A stretch of 63,928 nt of DNA, counting the filler, from Collodictyon triciliatum (lineage: Eukaryota): assembly GCA_043381765.1 (NCBI GenBank). It is 7 parts of 7 records of this genome, joined end to end, with 100 filler letters (N's around TTAATTAATTAA, not from the genome) between each part and the next. Parts side by side here need not be neighbours in the genome. Positions count along the whole stretch, not along the records: positions 1 to 9,926 come from JBHJMP010002849.1; positions 10,027 to 19,948 come from JBHJMP010002850.1; 5 more parts are not named here. One strand, 5' to 3'. Of the stretch, positions 1 through 13,300 are shown in pieces (position 1 is the stretch's first letter; each line of letters opens with the position of its first letter). A model generated the notes under the pieces. That model worked only from the letters and a program-made list of their open reading frames with translations, made no database searches and had not been told where the DNA came from. The position numbers and the translations under genes were made by a program.

Positions 1-72
<72 letters not shown>
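1..72. repeat. (TG)n microsatellite at scaffold edge
   Basis: Perfect TG dinucleotide run. Confidence 0.95.
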
Positions 73-73
<1 letters not shown>

Positions 74-1922
74 AAAAGACAATCAATGGTCGCTTGGTCG
101 AAGTTGTTGACGATAACAACAGTGAGATGCAAATTCAGCATATTCTGGCTGGATATCAGTCGGAAGCACCTTTGCTGGACAACTGGTTCTCTTCGTTAAG
201 GGTCCTTCAAGTTTGTTTTGATTTGCGTGAATGCAAGAAATTCATATCATTATTTTTTTATTTTCCTATTGCCAAATTTCATGTTCTCCTTCATAAGTCA
301 ACAAATTCATCTATTATGCTCTTTTAGTTCACAATTACATACATTTTAGTCTATTGAAGCATCGAATACAATCGAGGATATCCACAATGTAATCCGTACC
401 ATAGTAGATGCCATTTTACATAAGCAATCAGAACAGGGATTACTTTCTGAAAGAACATCAAATGACCAAAAATCAGAAAGAGTGGATTGTAAGATGATTA
501 TTGTTGATAGTTTATGTCAAACCTTCTATATAAAGCCATATCAATCAATACGATTATTTCTCTTATATTTGTTCTATTCATTCCTAACCCATATGTACAT
601 TAAGCTGCCCAAAAAATCAATGAGTCGGATGTACCAGAGACATGTATTTCTTTTCAAAACCAATATAAACTTGTAATTATTTTTTTTTTTTGAGTCCTGT
701 TGGGAGCCCTGTTTAGTTGCGTCTATATTAAAATTATGTTGACCCATTGTCACAGTCCGTCTTGAAGTTGTTACGCCTGACCTGAATGTTTTGGAATCAA
801 ATATCAAAGCATCTATACCAATTGAAGATGCATCCACGTTTGATATTCAGATAGTGCACATGCTATATGAATGTAAGAAACCTCATAAGGGGTTTAATTT
901 ATCTTCAAATGATTGACATCGTGCGCCAGTGATAATTGCCCACGAATATTGAAAATAAGTATATTTGTAGCATGGACCCAGGTTGAAGTTAACTACCTCA
1001 ACGGAGTCAAAGGTGTTTTCAAAAAGATTCGTGAGTTGAGAGATAGAGCATTAGGATATATGCTCAAAATCAAGAAAGACTTTCAACTATTTCTGAAACG
1101 ACCGGACATGAAGCAAGATTCTATATTAAATTTTCAGAAAGATTTTAACTCCATCGAAGACGATATTAGGTAACTATATATATTTATCAATTTATCTTTA
1201 AAAATAATTTCTCTCTGCAGTATAAACTTCATTCATGGTCGTTTGGATTCATGCAATTATTTATCCTTATAGAGCTGATGTAGAGACCAAACAAGAATTA
1301 CATCTCCGCACTATGGAGCTTCGAGATATCCTTGTAGACATGGCAAATAAGAAGAAAGAAGAAGCTGATGAAGAAAGGTCTCTCCATTTAAACCGTCCTT
1401 TTTTTAAAAATAAATTTATACAAGACTAATCATTCAAAAAACACAAGGATTATTTGTCCTTTGCTATTGTATGTATAGTATGATTTATTCATCTTCATTT
1501 TAATCCATCGCAGGAGATACATAATGACGTCTGGCTGGATAGAAGATTTTTTGCGCATGGTTTCCCATCAACTAATTATCCTTATGCAGACCGAGGTCGA
1601 TAGATACCAAAATACAAGACAGATTCTCGCAGACTACTTTGCATGCAAAAGCAAAAAAGTAAAATATCCTTACTTCTCGTACACTTTAATTTCAATATGT
1701 ATTTTACGTATTACCATGAAACAAAGTATATTTATCCATTTATATGCACTAATTAACCTCATCTGCATAATCAAAACAACCAGCCAATTGATGAGAGCAT
1801 TTCATTTCCATCGTTTGATATCACTGAGGGGGAATACCGCCCAATCAAGCGTATTCCAAAGGAGAAAGAAACAAAAAAGGGCTCAAAGTATGGAATTTGA
1901 TTTGCATAATGAGCTATATGCT

Positions 1923-1963
<41 letters not shown>

Positions 1964-4900
1964 GTTTTTTATAGAAGAAAAAACAATAATTAATGATTGC
2001 TCACAAAAATATAATAGCCTAACCACATAATTTACAAAAGCCAAAAATCCGACCCAAAGAAGGCACCGGTTGTCGAGCGACCGCCTTCACCAAAGGAATC
2101 GAAGCCAGTAAAGAAGAAGCCTACTGGGCCGTCCTCTGGTTCTCGGCAGGACAAGAACGTGAGAGGGCTTAGCGATGTATGCGCTCTTTTGAAAACTTCC
2201 AGATTTCTTCCTTTCAAATAAATACAGATGTCCTGTTGCAATATATAAATTCATCATGTTTAACTTTATTAACACAATTTCATAAAATGAACAGAAATTA
2301 CTAATCCTAATCATTTTAATTTTTGCAGACGATGGCTCATTTGTCCGAAATTGTTTCAAATGCCTTCTCCATCATCCCAGGAGTTGCTTCAGAAGGTTGA
2401 TATTTTTTTATCTGACATTTACTTCGAATTCAAAGTCTCTTTATTTTTGAAGTACAAATCAGCATATGGCTTATATAAATAGCTCATTTATGATTTAAAG
2501 AAAGTCTCATTTTTCTTTCCTTTTATGTAGGATTCTTTGGGCCGGAATCTCCACCAGAGTTGATTGAAGCCCTCGAAAAGGAGGATACCTTACTTACTTT
2601 AAGAATCCAGAAAATATCGACACGGGCAACCGCTATTCTCGAGGTGATTCACAAGGCGAAAGAAAATTCATGCACATGTTATTGACAGCCTCATCGTTTC
2701 CCGTCGTCATATTGCTTAACATAGACATACATATAGGAAATTAGAACTATTGCAGAGACAGCATTCATGAAGCTTGATGAATGGAGCGTTATTCGATACA
2801 ACTCTGAAATATCAGTTGTTGATACAGTTGTATTTTTAATACGACAAGCAATTGAAGAAGAGCAAAAACTGCCCTATGGACTTATTGCTGACGGTATGTG
2901 ACTAAATGAATTATCTTATTTGCTACGTAGTATTTTTGAATATGTCCGACACGATGTAAGCCACAATCATGCGTGTTATGTCAATTCAAATACATTCAAA
3001 TAATAAACATGTGAAATAGGTGAAGATGTAATCATCGACGAACAGGACCTTATCGGAGACAGACCACGAACTCCGAAGGACTTGCCTAGAAGACAAGACT
3101 CTCGTATTCATCCAATAACTCTAGAGAATTACATATTCCAATCGTATTTCTTTCCTGTATCCGTGATTTGATTGTTTATATTTTCTCTTAAAAAGACATA
3201 TTTTTCAATTTTGCGAAATGTGATTTTCTGTCCGTAGTTCTCTTGCCGGAGTTTAGTTCTATATGATAAATATATCTAACCCAACAGACCCCGATCGATT
3301 TACTGTGGAACAGCTCCATGCGTTGTCAGACCATTTCTTAGATATGGCCCCGCGCGGAGTAATCCGAACAAACGACTTTGTCACTTTTATGTGCCGCGTG
3401 GCAGGAACATCTGTAATGAAGTTCTAACCAATGCTATCCACCTATAAGCCTATCTCTCGAAATTGAAATAACATCAGCTCAGTACAAAGTCCCCACTTCA
3501 TCGTGTGCCTGTATTCTTCCCTGTTTCATTTATTCTGATACCAACTTTCATCATGGTAAAATGGTAGAATGCGGACGAAATGCTTCCCGAAGACTGGACT
3601 GCCTTCGACAAGGAGCAATATCAAAATATTGCGGTATACTTGGTATGAATCAGAACAACAGAATGACAATATTGAAAATAATAAATTAATCCTTGTTGAG
3701 AAGATAAGCACATAGAAACAAGACGCAGATTTACAGATTTAGTTCGATTAAATATAATTTTCATGATTTTCTTATTATTAATAATTTTATTTCTTGTAGG
3801 ATACGTTTAACACGGGCTACATCGACTGGAGAGAAATGATTATTGCTCTGTCCCTTCCACATATACCCACTGTCAATGAATTAATCAGTCTGAAACTTGC
3901 ATATCAAGGGGCCAATGTTAGCGGTAGCGGAACGGTAAGCAAAAGAAAAAAATAGATGCAAGCTATTTGTTTATAAAAAAAAAAACATAGACATATCAGG
4001 ATTTTTTTTTTCTCTTTCTGCACGCTTTGCGCCAAGGCATTAAAATGATGCGTTTTCTCACCCTTACCCAAAACAGGTTTCTGAGTTGGAATTCATGACT
4101 CTTCCATTATGGTTCGAAGGATTGGGAGACACAAAGCAATCAGAAGGCGCCCGTAATGCAAAGCTTAAGGAACTTTACTTCAGTAATACACTACCTCATT
4201 TCCATTGTATCTTATGAAATACTTCGCATCCAAATTTCGGATTGGCATTTGAAAGGCAACGTTATTCATCCAGAGGTATTCCAAGACCGAGACGAAGGAG
4301 GATACAGTGTTGTTGACTACATCCAGTTCCTGCTTTTCCTAGCAGCAGTTCCTGATGCCTATGAAGGATTGGAGCGGGCGTGTCTGGTTATTTCGGCTGA
4401 CAATGTCGGTGGACTGGTTGCTGATGACATGTATAAAGTATGTCTGCAAAAAAATATTTAAAAAATTATGTTCTTTTGACCCGGGTTTATGTATAGATTT
4501 CTCTGTGATAATTTGTCTTACACATTTCATTATTAAAACATAATTCTCTGAATAAATACAAAATAACATTGTGGCATTAACTCAAATGTTGATAACATAA
4601 TTACAGGTGTTGCATCGCTGTACATCACCAGATGACGACCAGGCTATGTGCTACTACCAAGTCGATGTATATGAGCTGGTATTAGAGCCGTTGATATTTT
4701 CTTGATGCCACCCAACCAGATTTCCTGTTTCATCTCCAAGAATAGACCATAATCCCTTTACATACATTAGACGCTGACCATCATTAATTTCTTTTTTTTT
4801 TTTAATTATTTTCTTTCCTGGACGAAAATAAATAAAATAATTCAGAACCGGATAGAAGCAGCCGTTAGGACAGAGCTTCATTCATTCACCCTATCACAGT

Positions 4901-5245
4901 TTGCAGAATCGGAAGCTGGCCAGTCCATTATCAACGGGTGTCCATATTACCTCTCTAAGGCAAGCAATTCCTTTATTCGCCTCCTCTTCGTTCCAACATT
5001 GTATCCCCATCAGTCTGAAGTTTTTCAATCTCATTTTCTTAACCCCGTTTGTCTATTTTGCTTCCATTTCTTGTTGCAATCTCATCAAGCTTCCTCTAAA
5101 AAATTTCAACTATCTCATCTGAGAGACGCCATACTAAATCAAACACAAATAAAAGGATTTCCGAATGCTGAAGTCGAAAGGCGCAAACCAACTCGGGGTC
5201 AGTGGCTTTGTCTCTGGTGAAGACCTCAATGGAACTGATGATTGA
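73..5245 (+). CDS. SPEF2: Sperm flagellar protein 2 (SPEF2/KPL2/CPC1)-like, multi-exon, 5' truncated
   Basis: Spliced exons give WTQVEVNYLNGVKGVFKKIR...FLKRPDMKQDSILNFQKDFNSIEDDIR-ADVETKQELHLRTMELRDILVDMANKKKEEADEER-IMTSGWIEDFLRMVSHQLIILMQTEVDRYQNTRQILADYF. This matches my recollection of the conserved SPEF2 C-terminal region (RPDxKQ...FN...TKAELH...LRD.LW...E..R..DYY). An EF-hand-like DTFNTGYIDWRE follows near 3800. The last exon is inferred. Confidence 0.8.
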
Positions 5246-5756
5246 AAGCGCGCTTGCTTCACTTATTCCCAAACGAAATAAAGAAAGTAAAATATATATC
5301 GTGCTATATTGTAGTTTGGGTCGAATGAAGAAAAAAAAATCATGCCCGATTGTCATTCCTCCGTTTTTTTCTTCTGTCTTGAAACATGATACTGGACAAC
5401 GTACATGACTTACCAGACAATTAATCCCAAAGAAACCACGCACAATCGCCCAAAGAAAGAAATACATAAGAAAGTATAGAGAAAGGAGCCCTCACCGCAT
5501 TCTACATATCCACATCACATAATGTCCACCTCCGCACACGGCAAACTGTTAAGAATATCAATCTACCACCACAACCATACAACTGTTCCTCTTTTGATGT
5601 TAATTCTCTCTCTCTCTCTCTCCTCAACTTCTCTGTGTTTATTATGAAGAGAGGTTGGCGGCGTATTCGCTGCCGTTCCTCTCCATTGTGCCCCTTGTGT
5701 TGTGGACATCCACCGCCCGGACACGCAGACACATCCGCCAGCTTTCGCCTTCCTCA

Positions 5757-8700
5757 TCACTTTCCTGGGGGCGGCGTCAAAGGCAGAACAGACACCTCTC
5801 CCGGTCTGGCTCGTGGCAAATGCCCGGCAGGAGATGGCGTGCGGCTGCTGCGTTGTCTTTGGGTGCTTCGGCATTTTTGGCAAAGCTGCGGTGGTTGGCG
5901 GGAGACTCTGTAGAGATACCCATCGTATGGCGTGACCTGAAAGTTGATGTCGCCAAACTCTCCTTCCAGAGCCGATGCAACAAACTTGGCCGCCTCCTCA
6001 GCCGAACGGAATTGCAGGAACCCAGAATGCGGATTCATCAAACTGTATGCATATGGGTGTTTGAGGTATAAGGAAAAATAAAACAACTTAATCTATGACT
6101 AATCATTTCCGTTTTTCTCTAGTATGCATATGTTCGTCAGGTCGGCTGATATATTGGTGCCTGCGAAAAGGATAGACATAAAAGGTTCTAGCTCAATTAT
6201 TTTGGCCTCTACGTACGTCAAGAAAAACTGTCCATAGTTTTTGTCCAGTCTGGAAGAGAGTTCATTGTATGTAGGGAGCTTAAGCTCCGAGGATGACATG
6301 ATGTGGACCCAGTTTTCGCGTCGAGGTTCTGTCAAGTAAAGTGGTTAATTAAGTACTTTGTCATTTTAAAAAAATTGAGATGAAGGCAGAGGAGAGCCTT
6401 GTCCTTCTCTTATCTCTCAAAAGTGGATTTTATAGGTGAGGGGAATAGTTTTTTTTTTTTTTAATAAAAGAACAATGTGATCAAATGGATTTTGCTCCGC
6501 ATCCTACTTCATGCACTACAAAAACAGTCTTCATACACTTGCTTCGATGTAAATATATGGCAACAAACCAGTGGCGGATTCCACAGAGTATTGAATATCC
6601 GATCTCATCATGTTAATGTGGTTAAAATACTTCTCTCCGATAAGTTCAAGACGGGCGGTGCCAAATCTTATCCCACTTTGTTGGGCTACAGAAGCCAAAA
6701 TTAATAAATAAATTTCATATTCCAAACATCTTTAGTGCGGTAGAAAATGAAGAAAATAAAAGGGATGCCGCAATGTAATACTTTGTCCATTTTATAAAGT
6801 ATTAGTAAATGACTAATACGAGAATCATTTAATTTTTTTAATACTAATTATTATCGCTATTATTGAATAATAGATTGCAATCAAACCAATATGACACATT
6901 AGTTTAGCGTAGCATATTCCTATATTATACATATTTACATTTTTCAGAAAGAGTTAATTGATATAGGAACTAGTCGATCTTTCAAGCGAATGACATGTAA
7001 AGGATTGACGTGTAATAATGAGATTCATAGGGCGAAAAAATAAAACAAAATATGTGCTGACCGGTTAAGAGGGCATCATACGCAGCGTTATGTTCACCCA
7101 ACTTGGGGTTTGACGGGTCCGGAAGAAACTCTGGAATTAGCTTTGTCTCTGATCAATAGTCGCCATCGTCATATCATAAGTATGATTAGATTATTGTGAT
7201 TATACTCTTTTCTTTTCTTATAAAAAATGGAACTCCGATAATTAGGGTTTATTAATTAAAATTATGATAGTGCATCAAGATTCATACAGAAGGGGCGGAA
7301 TAAAAGATGTTCAATATGAAATAATACCAATTATAACATTTCTCGAAAACTCGGGGTCTTTAAGACGATTTTCGAGGTCGCCTAGCCCAGTGTCAGGAAA
7401 GATGGTTTTGTTGTTTGGAATTTGATACACAACATACTTAGTATCTAAAATCCTATGAGTATAATAAACAACGTCGGTTTTTTTTAGTTCAATACATTAG
7501 CTATCTTCATAGATATGAGCAGCGTTCTCTTTTGCTTCTGGTACAAAGAGCTTATTCATTACATATTCGCATCATCGATGGTAAAATCGAGACAGTAAAA
7601 GAGAAACTGATAACGTACATACAATATGAAAAAAAAACTATCCAAAGCGGAACGAAAAATCTTTTTTTTTTAAAAAAAGAAACTAGAGAAAAGATAGTTG
7701 GTATATGGTTATGAATTTACTTTGGGAATAATTCATTTAAACCCCTGCTGAACTCAACGACATTGTCAGGGAGGGAACCTTGGTACAGGCGATAAGTTCT
7801 CACAAAGTCAGTGAAAGAATTGTGTCCCACCAATACACATTTTCTTTCTTTTAGCATTTCAAGTACTTTTCTGAATCCCAGATTATTATAAACCTCCCTC
7901 TTTTTTTAAGGGGAAATTTTATTTGAAAATGAGTAAATGAGTAAATGAGTAAATGAGTAAATGAGTAAATGAGTAAATGAGTAAATGAGTAAATGAGTGA
8001 ATAAATAAATATATAAATAGTGATTACACAGATATGTCAACCCCTTATTTTCTTATAAGTAGTTTCAAGAAAAAAAAGAAGCAGGAGTCCTTGTGTTCAC
8101 CAATTAAAATATACAGATTCGGTTGAGTGAAAGCTTACAACTAAATGCTCTCTGAAATCTTTGGTGGTAAATCTAATAATGCTCATCGCAAACCCTGACC
8201 CACCTTTCTCCTTGAAATCGAAATGGGCATATGGAAAGCTGTAATTTAATTTGATGAATATTCTTATATCTAGGCTTTTCAGATTTTATATACCCTGAAA
8301 TGGTTTGCTCAAAAAAATTGTGAATCTTGAATTTTATATAATTATTTACCATGGAGCGATATACTAGTATAGTTCCAAAGATATGATGATAAAATATATT
8401 TAATAAAATTTTAGTATAGTAATTTAATACAGAAAATGTGTATGTTACCTCAATTCTGATATTCTGCGTAAAAAAAAGAAACTAGTACTAATCATTGAAT
8501 GATAAAATTGCAAAATCAGAAAATAATCCAAATCATCATAATCAAGTGAACTCAATGACCTTTTGGGTTAAAATACGTTGGAAACTATTCACATCAATTT
8601 GGAATACAGGGCTATCAGATTCAAGAAACTTTCGGGCTGACTCTCTGAAGTGTTCGAGTTGAGATAATTATATCAATATTCAAAGTTAGCAGTGACAAGA

Positions 8701-9644
8701 AAAAAGTATTACAATTTAACATAAAGAAAAGAGTTCAAATTGGATTTATGTTTGTGGTAGGAATACATAAGAAGTACAAGCAAGAAAAAAAAGAAAAGAA
8801 AAGAAAGAGGACAAAAATAAACCTAAGTTCGTCTAAAAAAGCCTTGTCTTTTGGTGATACTTGTGGATTAACAGAATCCATGTCCTTTATCTGAGTCCTT
8901 TTTTCGATATCCTTGAATAGAATTCTTTCAAAATCTTTGGATATGGTATGGATTCCTAGTTCAATAAAAAGATTTCCTTTAGTAATCTGATGTATATGAC
9001 AGATTATTCATAATAATATTGCATTCCTTCACTGTTTTTTTTTTTATATATTTTGAACATCCTCAGAATATCAGTATCAATATGGAGATATGATCTTTTC
9101 GAGGAAACATGAAAAGAGTAGAAAAAAAGTGAGGACGATAAGAGAGAAAGATGGAATAAAAAAAAAGGAGAAAGGAAAAGAGAGAGAGAGAGAAAAAAAA
9201 AAAGACACGGATAGGTAAAAGATAATTCTATCAGCTTATCTGTCCCACCTTCTTTGATCCACCGATTGAAATCAAAGTTATGTTCCATCAGAAACTGGAA
9301 TGCGCTTGGAGCGAAAGATATATCCTGTTTCTGAGCTGGGTCATCGGGGTATGGAGAGTTTGGAAACAGGTGAAAGTAAAAGGGATATGCCTCAAATTGC
9401 TGACCGTCCATACTTAATAGCCCATTCATAAACGTGACAGAGCATAAAAAAAAAAATGAAGACTAAAATAAATAATTTAACATTATTAACAATACAATTG
9501 TGGTTGACTTATCACAAAATCACATATCAAGGAACAAAAATATAAAAGTGGAGAAACCTTGATGGTTGAGAGACCCTCTTGAACGTACAAATGCCAAACT
9601 GCGTTACCATAAAACTGTTTGCTCCGTCAGCGACTTTTTCATAT
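5757..9644 (-). CDS. PARN: Poly(A)-specific ribonuclease PARN-like (CAF1/DEDD family), multi-exon, 5' truncated by linker
   Basis: Exons encode FMVTQFGICTF (~9600), FEAYPFYFHLFP...SAFQFLMEHNFDFNRWIKEG (9250-9410), VLVGHNSFTDF...LPDNVVEF (7745-7835) and GEHNAAYDALLTG (~7065-7100), plus RRM-like C-terminal exons (6230-6330, 5757-6050). Confidence 0.85.
7929..7998. repeat. (ATGAGTAA)n octamer tandem repeat in PARN intron
   Basis: About 8-9 direct copies visible. Confidence 0.85.
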
Positions 9645-9926
9645 CTATATATCGACGGAAAATAAGCGCCTCAATTCATTCATAAGAAAAATTGATACTA
9701 CAAAGATTTAACTATCAAAATGTTTTACACCATTAAACAAAAAAAGGAAAAAGAAAAAGAAAAAAGAAAAAAGAAAAAGAAAAAGAAAAAAGAAAAAGAA
9801 AAGGAAAAGAAATAGAAAAAGAAAAGAAAAGAAAAAGAAAAAGAAAAAGAAAAAGAAAAAGAAAAAGAAAAAGAAAAAGAAAAAGAAAAAGAAAAAGAAA
9901 AAGAAAAGAAAAAGAAAAGAAAAGAA

Positions 9927-10026
9927 NNNNNNNNNNNNNNNNNNNNNNNNNNNNNNNNNNNNNNNNNNNNTTAATTAATTAANNNNNNNNNNNNNNNNNN
10001 NNNNNNNNNNNNNNNNNNNNNNNNNN
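9927..10026. other. Artificial scaffold linker (N44-TTAATTAATTAA-N44)
   Basis: Six-frame stop spacer in a 100-bp N block. Identical linkers lie at 19949-20048, 29970-30069, 39990-40089, 50003-50102 and 60008-60107. Confidence 0.97.
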
Positions 10027-10350
10027 GACTGAGACTGAGACTGAGACTGAGACTGAGACTGAGACTGAGACTGAGACTGAGACTGAGACTGAGATTGAGA
10101 CTGAGACTGAGACTGAGACTGAGACTGAGACTGGGACTGAGACTGAGATTGAGATTGAGATTGAGACTGAGACTGAGACTGAGATTGAGACTGAGATTGA
10201 GACTGAGATTGAGACTGAGATTGAGACTGAGATTGAGACTGAGATTGAGACTGAGATTGAGACTGAGATTGAGATTGAGATTGAGACTGAGATTGAGACT
10301 GAGATTGAGATTGAGATTGAGACTGAGATTGAGACTGAGATTGAGATTGC
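10027..10350 (-). repeat. Coding hexamer repeat (TCTCAG/TCTCAA)n encoding poly(Ser-Gln)
   Basis: In frame with ORF 9975..11015; variation is largely at the synonymous Gln position (CAA/CAG). Confidence 0.85.
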
Positions 10351-13300
10351 AATTGCGAATGGGATTTTGACCATATTTTAGAAGGTGATGAAGCTGATGT
10401 TTCATCATAACTTTTTATTTCAGCCGTAAATGTTGTCAAATGAGAGCACGAACATACTATACTATCATTGCTTTGATCTAATTTTTTACATCCAACGTCA
10501 TCCCATGTTTGAGTTATTTCACTAAAATATACACATTTTATGAATTCGTTGCTCATCAGTGGTGGTGTGTCTTTTTTTAATAAGAGTTTGAATGTTATTT
10601 TGTCCTTTAAGTTTTTTACTTCAATTTCTTGTCCACTATTGATAGATTCTTCAAGATTTATATCCAGTAGGTTTGATACTAGGCTATTATTTAGTTGAAG
10701 GTAATTTTGATATGTAGAAGATATGTGCACGACGGGGTCATGATGAGTGCGGTAAGATTCGGTACTTAATTTTACCCATGAGCTGGACTTATCTCCTATT
10801 GATACTAAAGTCGGATTGGAATCGGAGCATTGTTTTATTGATGTAATTTGTGCTATACTGGAGTAGGAATGGTATCCAGAGTCTCCACATAACTGAGATT
10901 GTATCGCTTTTCTTGCAAGAGATTTGGCTGAATTTAGACCAGATTTTAAAATGAATTCAGGTTTGTATTTCTCTATGTTCTGAGAAGTATAGTTATTAAT
11001 GGAAGAATAAAACATGTTTTCAACTGCTGCTAAAAGGACATCCCCAGTTCCAGGTAGTATCGTTCCCGATATAATTTTGTCATCTAGATATGATTGAAAT
11101 ATTAAAAATTTAGCGTATTTTCTCGTAATGATAATTAATTAATAGAGTTTTATTTTACAAATTTCATAAATTTATATTGAATTTTAATCCTTACTTATAA
11201 AACTGTCCAGAAATGATATACCCTTTGACACCAGTGATATTTCAAGGCAAAAGCTTCTTAGTATACTAGCAAACTGTCTGATAAATGCGTCTACCTCGAT
11301 ATCTGTGAAGAAATTCAGCGATTTACTCACTTCCTCCATAATTTGAAAGGCTTCATGTCTTATGCTATACATTTCTCTTTCATCTAGAGGGCATGAGTAA
11401 CTTTTTTCAATATTGTAATTGATAGAACGCTTTTTTGATTCTTCTGCCATATAATTGATCAAGCTCATGGAAGCAGAGTTATACTGAATGACAAGGTCAT
11501 AATCTCCACTCAGTAATGCAGAACTCATTTGATTGGAGACTAAAGACGCCGCAAATAAAATAACGGAACTTCTATTTTCAAAAATGATTCTTTTAACTCT
11601 TACTGTCTTCTCATATCTAGCTACGTTATAACTAGAGTCGGTCACATACATAAATGCCTTTACTAGAGTAAAATTTTCATTGGAACCAGGCAATTTTCCT
11701 GAGGGCATGACAATATCCCGGACTGTGCTTGGTGCAAAATTCGAAACTATCTGCTCTCCAGATTCACTATCTAATTGATATCCAAAAGCAAACCTCAATG
11801 GAAAATTGTATTCTATTGTCTGCCAGTTGTTCGCTCGAAAGCTAAACAATGACATTTCGTCGTTTCCATCTGTTGGTATCTCGAAACTGCCACCATAAGG
11901 TCTTATGTTTGTTACGAAGCTAATTTCAGAGTATCCCGTAGTGTTTGTGCTGGTATTTGTTGCTATTAACATAATCCAATATTCTGTATTTTCCATCAGG
12001 GTATATGCTGGTATAGTCAATCTTGGAGAATACAGAAAGCCCTGTGATAAACTGATGTTCCTCAATGATGTTGTTCCGCCTCGAATACTCCATGAGAAGG
12101 TTATCTGAGACTTTATATCTCCTATCACCTCTCCAATAATCTTAATCGGGAGAGAAATTGTGGGATATTGTTGCTCGAGTGGATGAATGTAAACAAGAGG
12201 TGGTCGAAAATCTACAATTTCAATAATTTGTGATGCAGTGGACGGCCTCACGCCCTCAATTTTGTTCGTTATTTTGAGATCAAAGCGATATATACCCCGC
12301 GCAAATGCAGGTTCATTCTTCTGGTTCATTTCTATCCTTCCGTCATTAGGTAATATGATGTCCGTTTTTTTTGTTGAATGAGAACAAGGTGCCTGTTTTT
12401 TAATGTCTGTGCATGTCCATGAAAATACAACGAATGAGTGATTTTGAACTTGTAACTCCGGGTCGTATGACTTCATCGCATCTAATACGATATTGTCGAA
12501 TGTACTTAATAGTATCGCTGAGCCACCAGCTATTATGGCTCGATATCCATTAGAGATACCTTTTATTGTAACAACGGCTGTATTGCATGCAGTTTTATTA
12601 TCGCTTTCTACTCCAACGCAACCAATTAACTTAAATGAATAGTAATTGTGAGGTCGGATAGAAAACGGAGGAAGAGTAAGTCTGCTTGAAAATGTCTGCA
12701 TTTGGTCTATTTCAACCAGCTCGCCCGTTGTTTGCTCCCATTTGTATCTTATAGAAGTGCTGTTCAAACAATCGGTTATGGATCCAATTCCTATTAACGT
12801 GATTGATTGACTCGGTTTTACATCAAGAACACTGGGTCCATCTATTGATATTAAGGGTAATCCCTCAAACGACTTTTCAACTTCTATACTATTTTTGTCA
12901 CTAAGACCAAAAGCTGTAGTTATACTGAGAGTAAATCTGTATGTATACCCTGGTGGTAGTTCGTCTCCAATTGAAAGTATTTGTGTTGATTTGCGTAGAT
13001 AATTTTTGATTATCTCCACAGATTCGATGGAAAGTATAGGTGAGGCGGTAAACTCCCATAAATAAGATACGTGTGTGCATCTCAAAGACATAAATTCAGT
13101 GAATGACGAGTCAATTTTTAAAACAGAGCATCTATCAATTTTTTGCGGGCCCGATAACTTTACCTTGATGGATGATTTTGTTTCACTAATAGTGACTATG
13201 ACTGCCCCTGAAGTCGAAGGCCAAATCGATAAACTGTTTTTTGCACGGATTTTCCCATTTTTTATTAAAATTTTTTGCCCAACAAAGACTTTGGAGGGAC

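Noticed and set aside
9971-9982. Regularly spaced TTAATTAATTAA palindromes (PacI-like)
   Set aside because: Synthetic six-frame stop spacers embedded in N runs.
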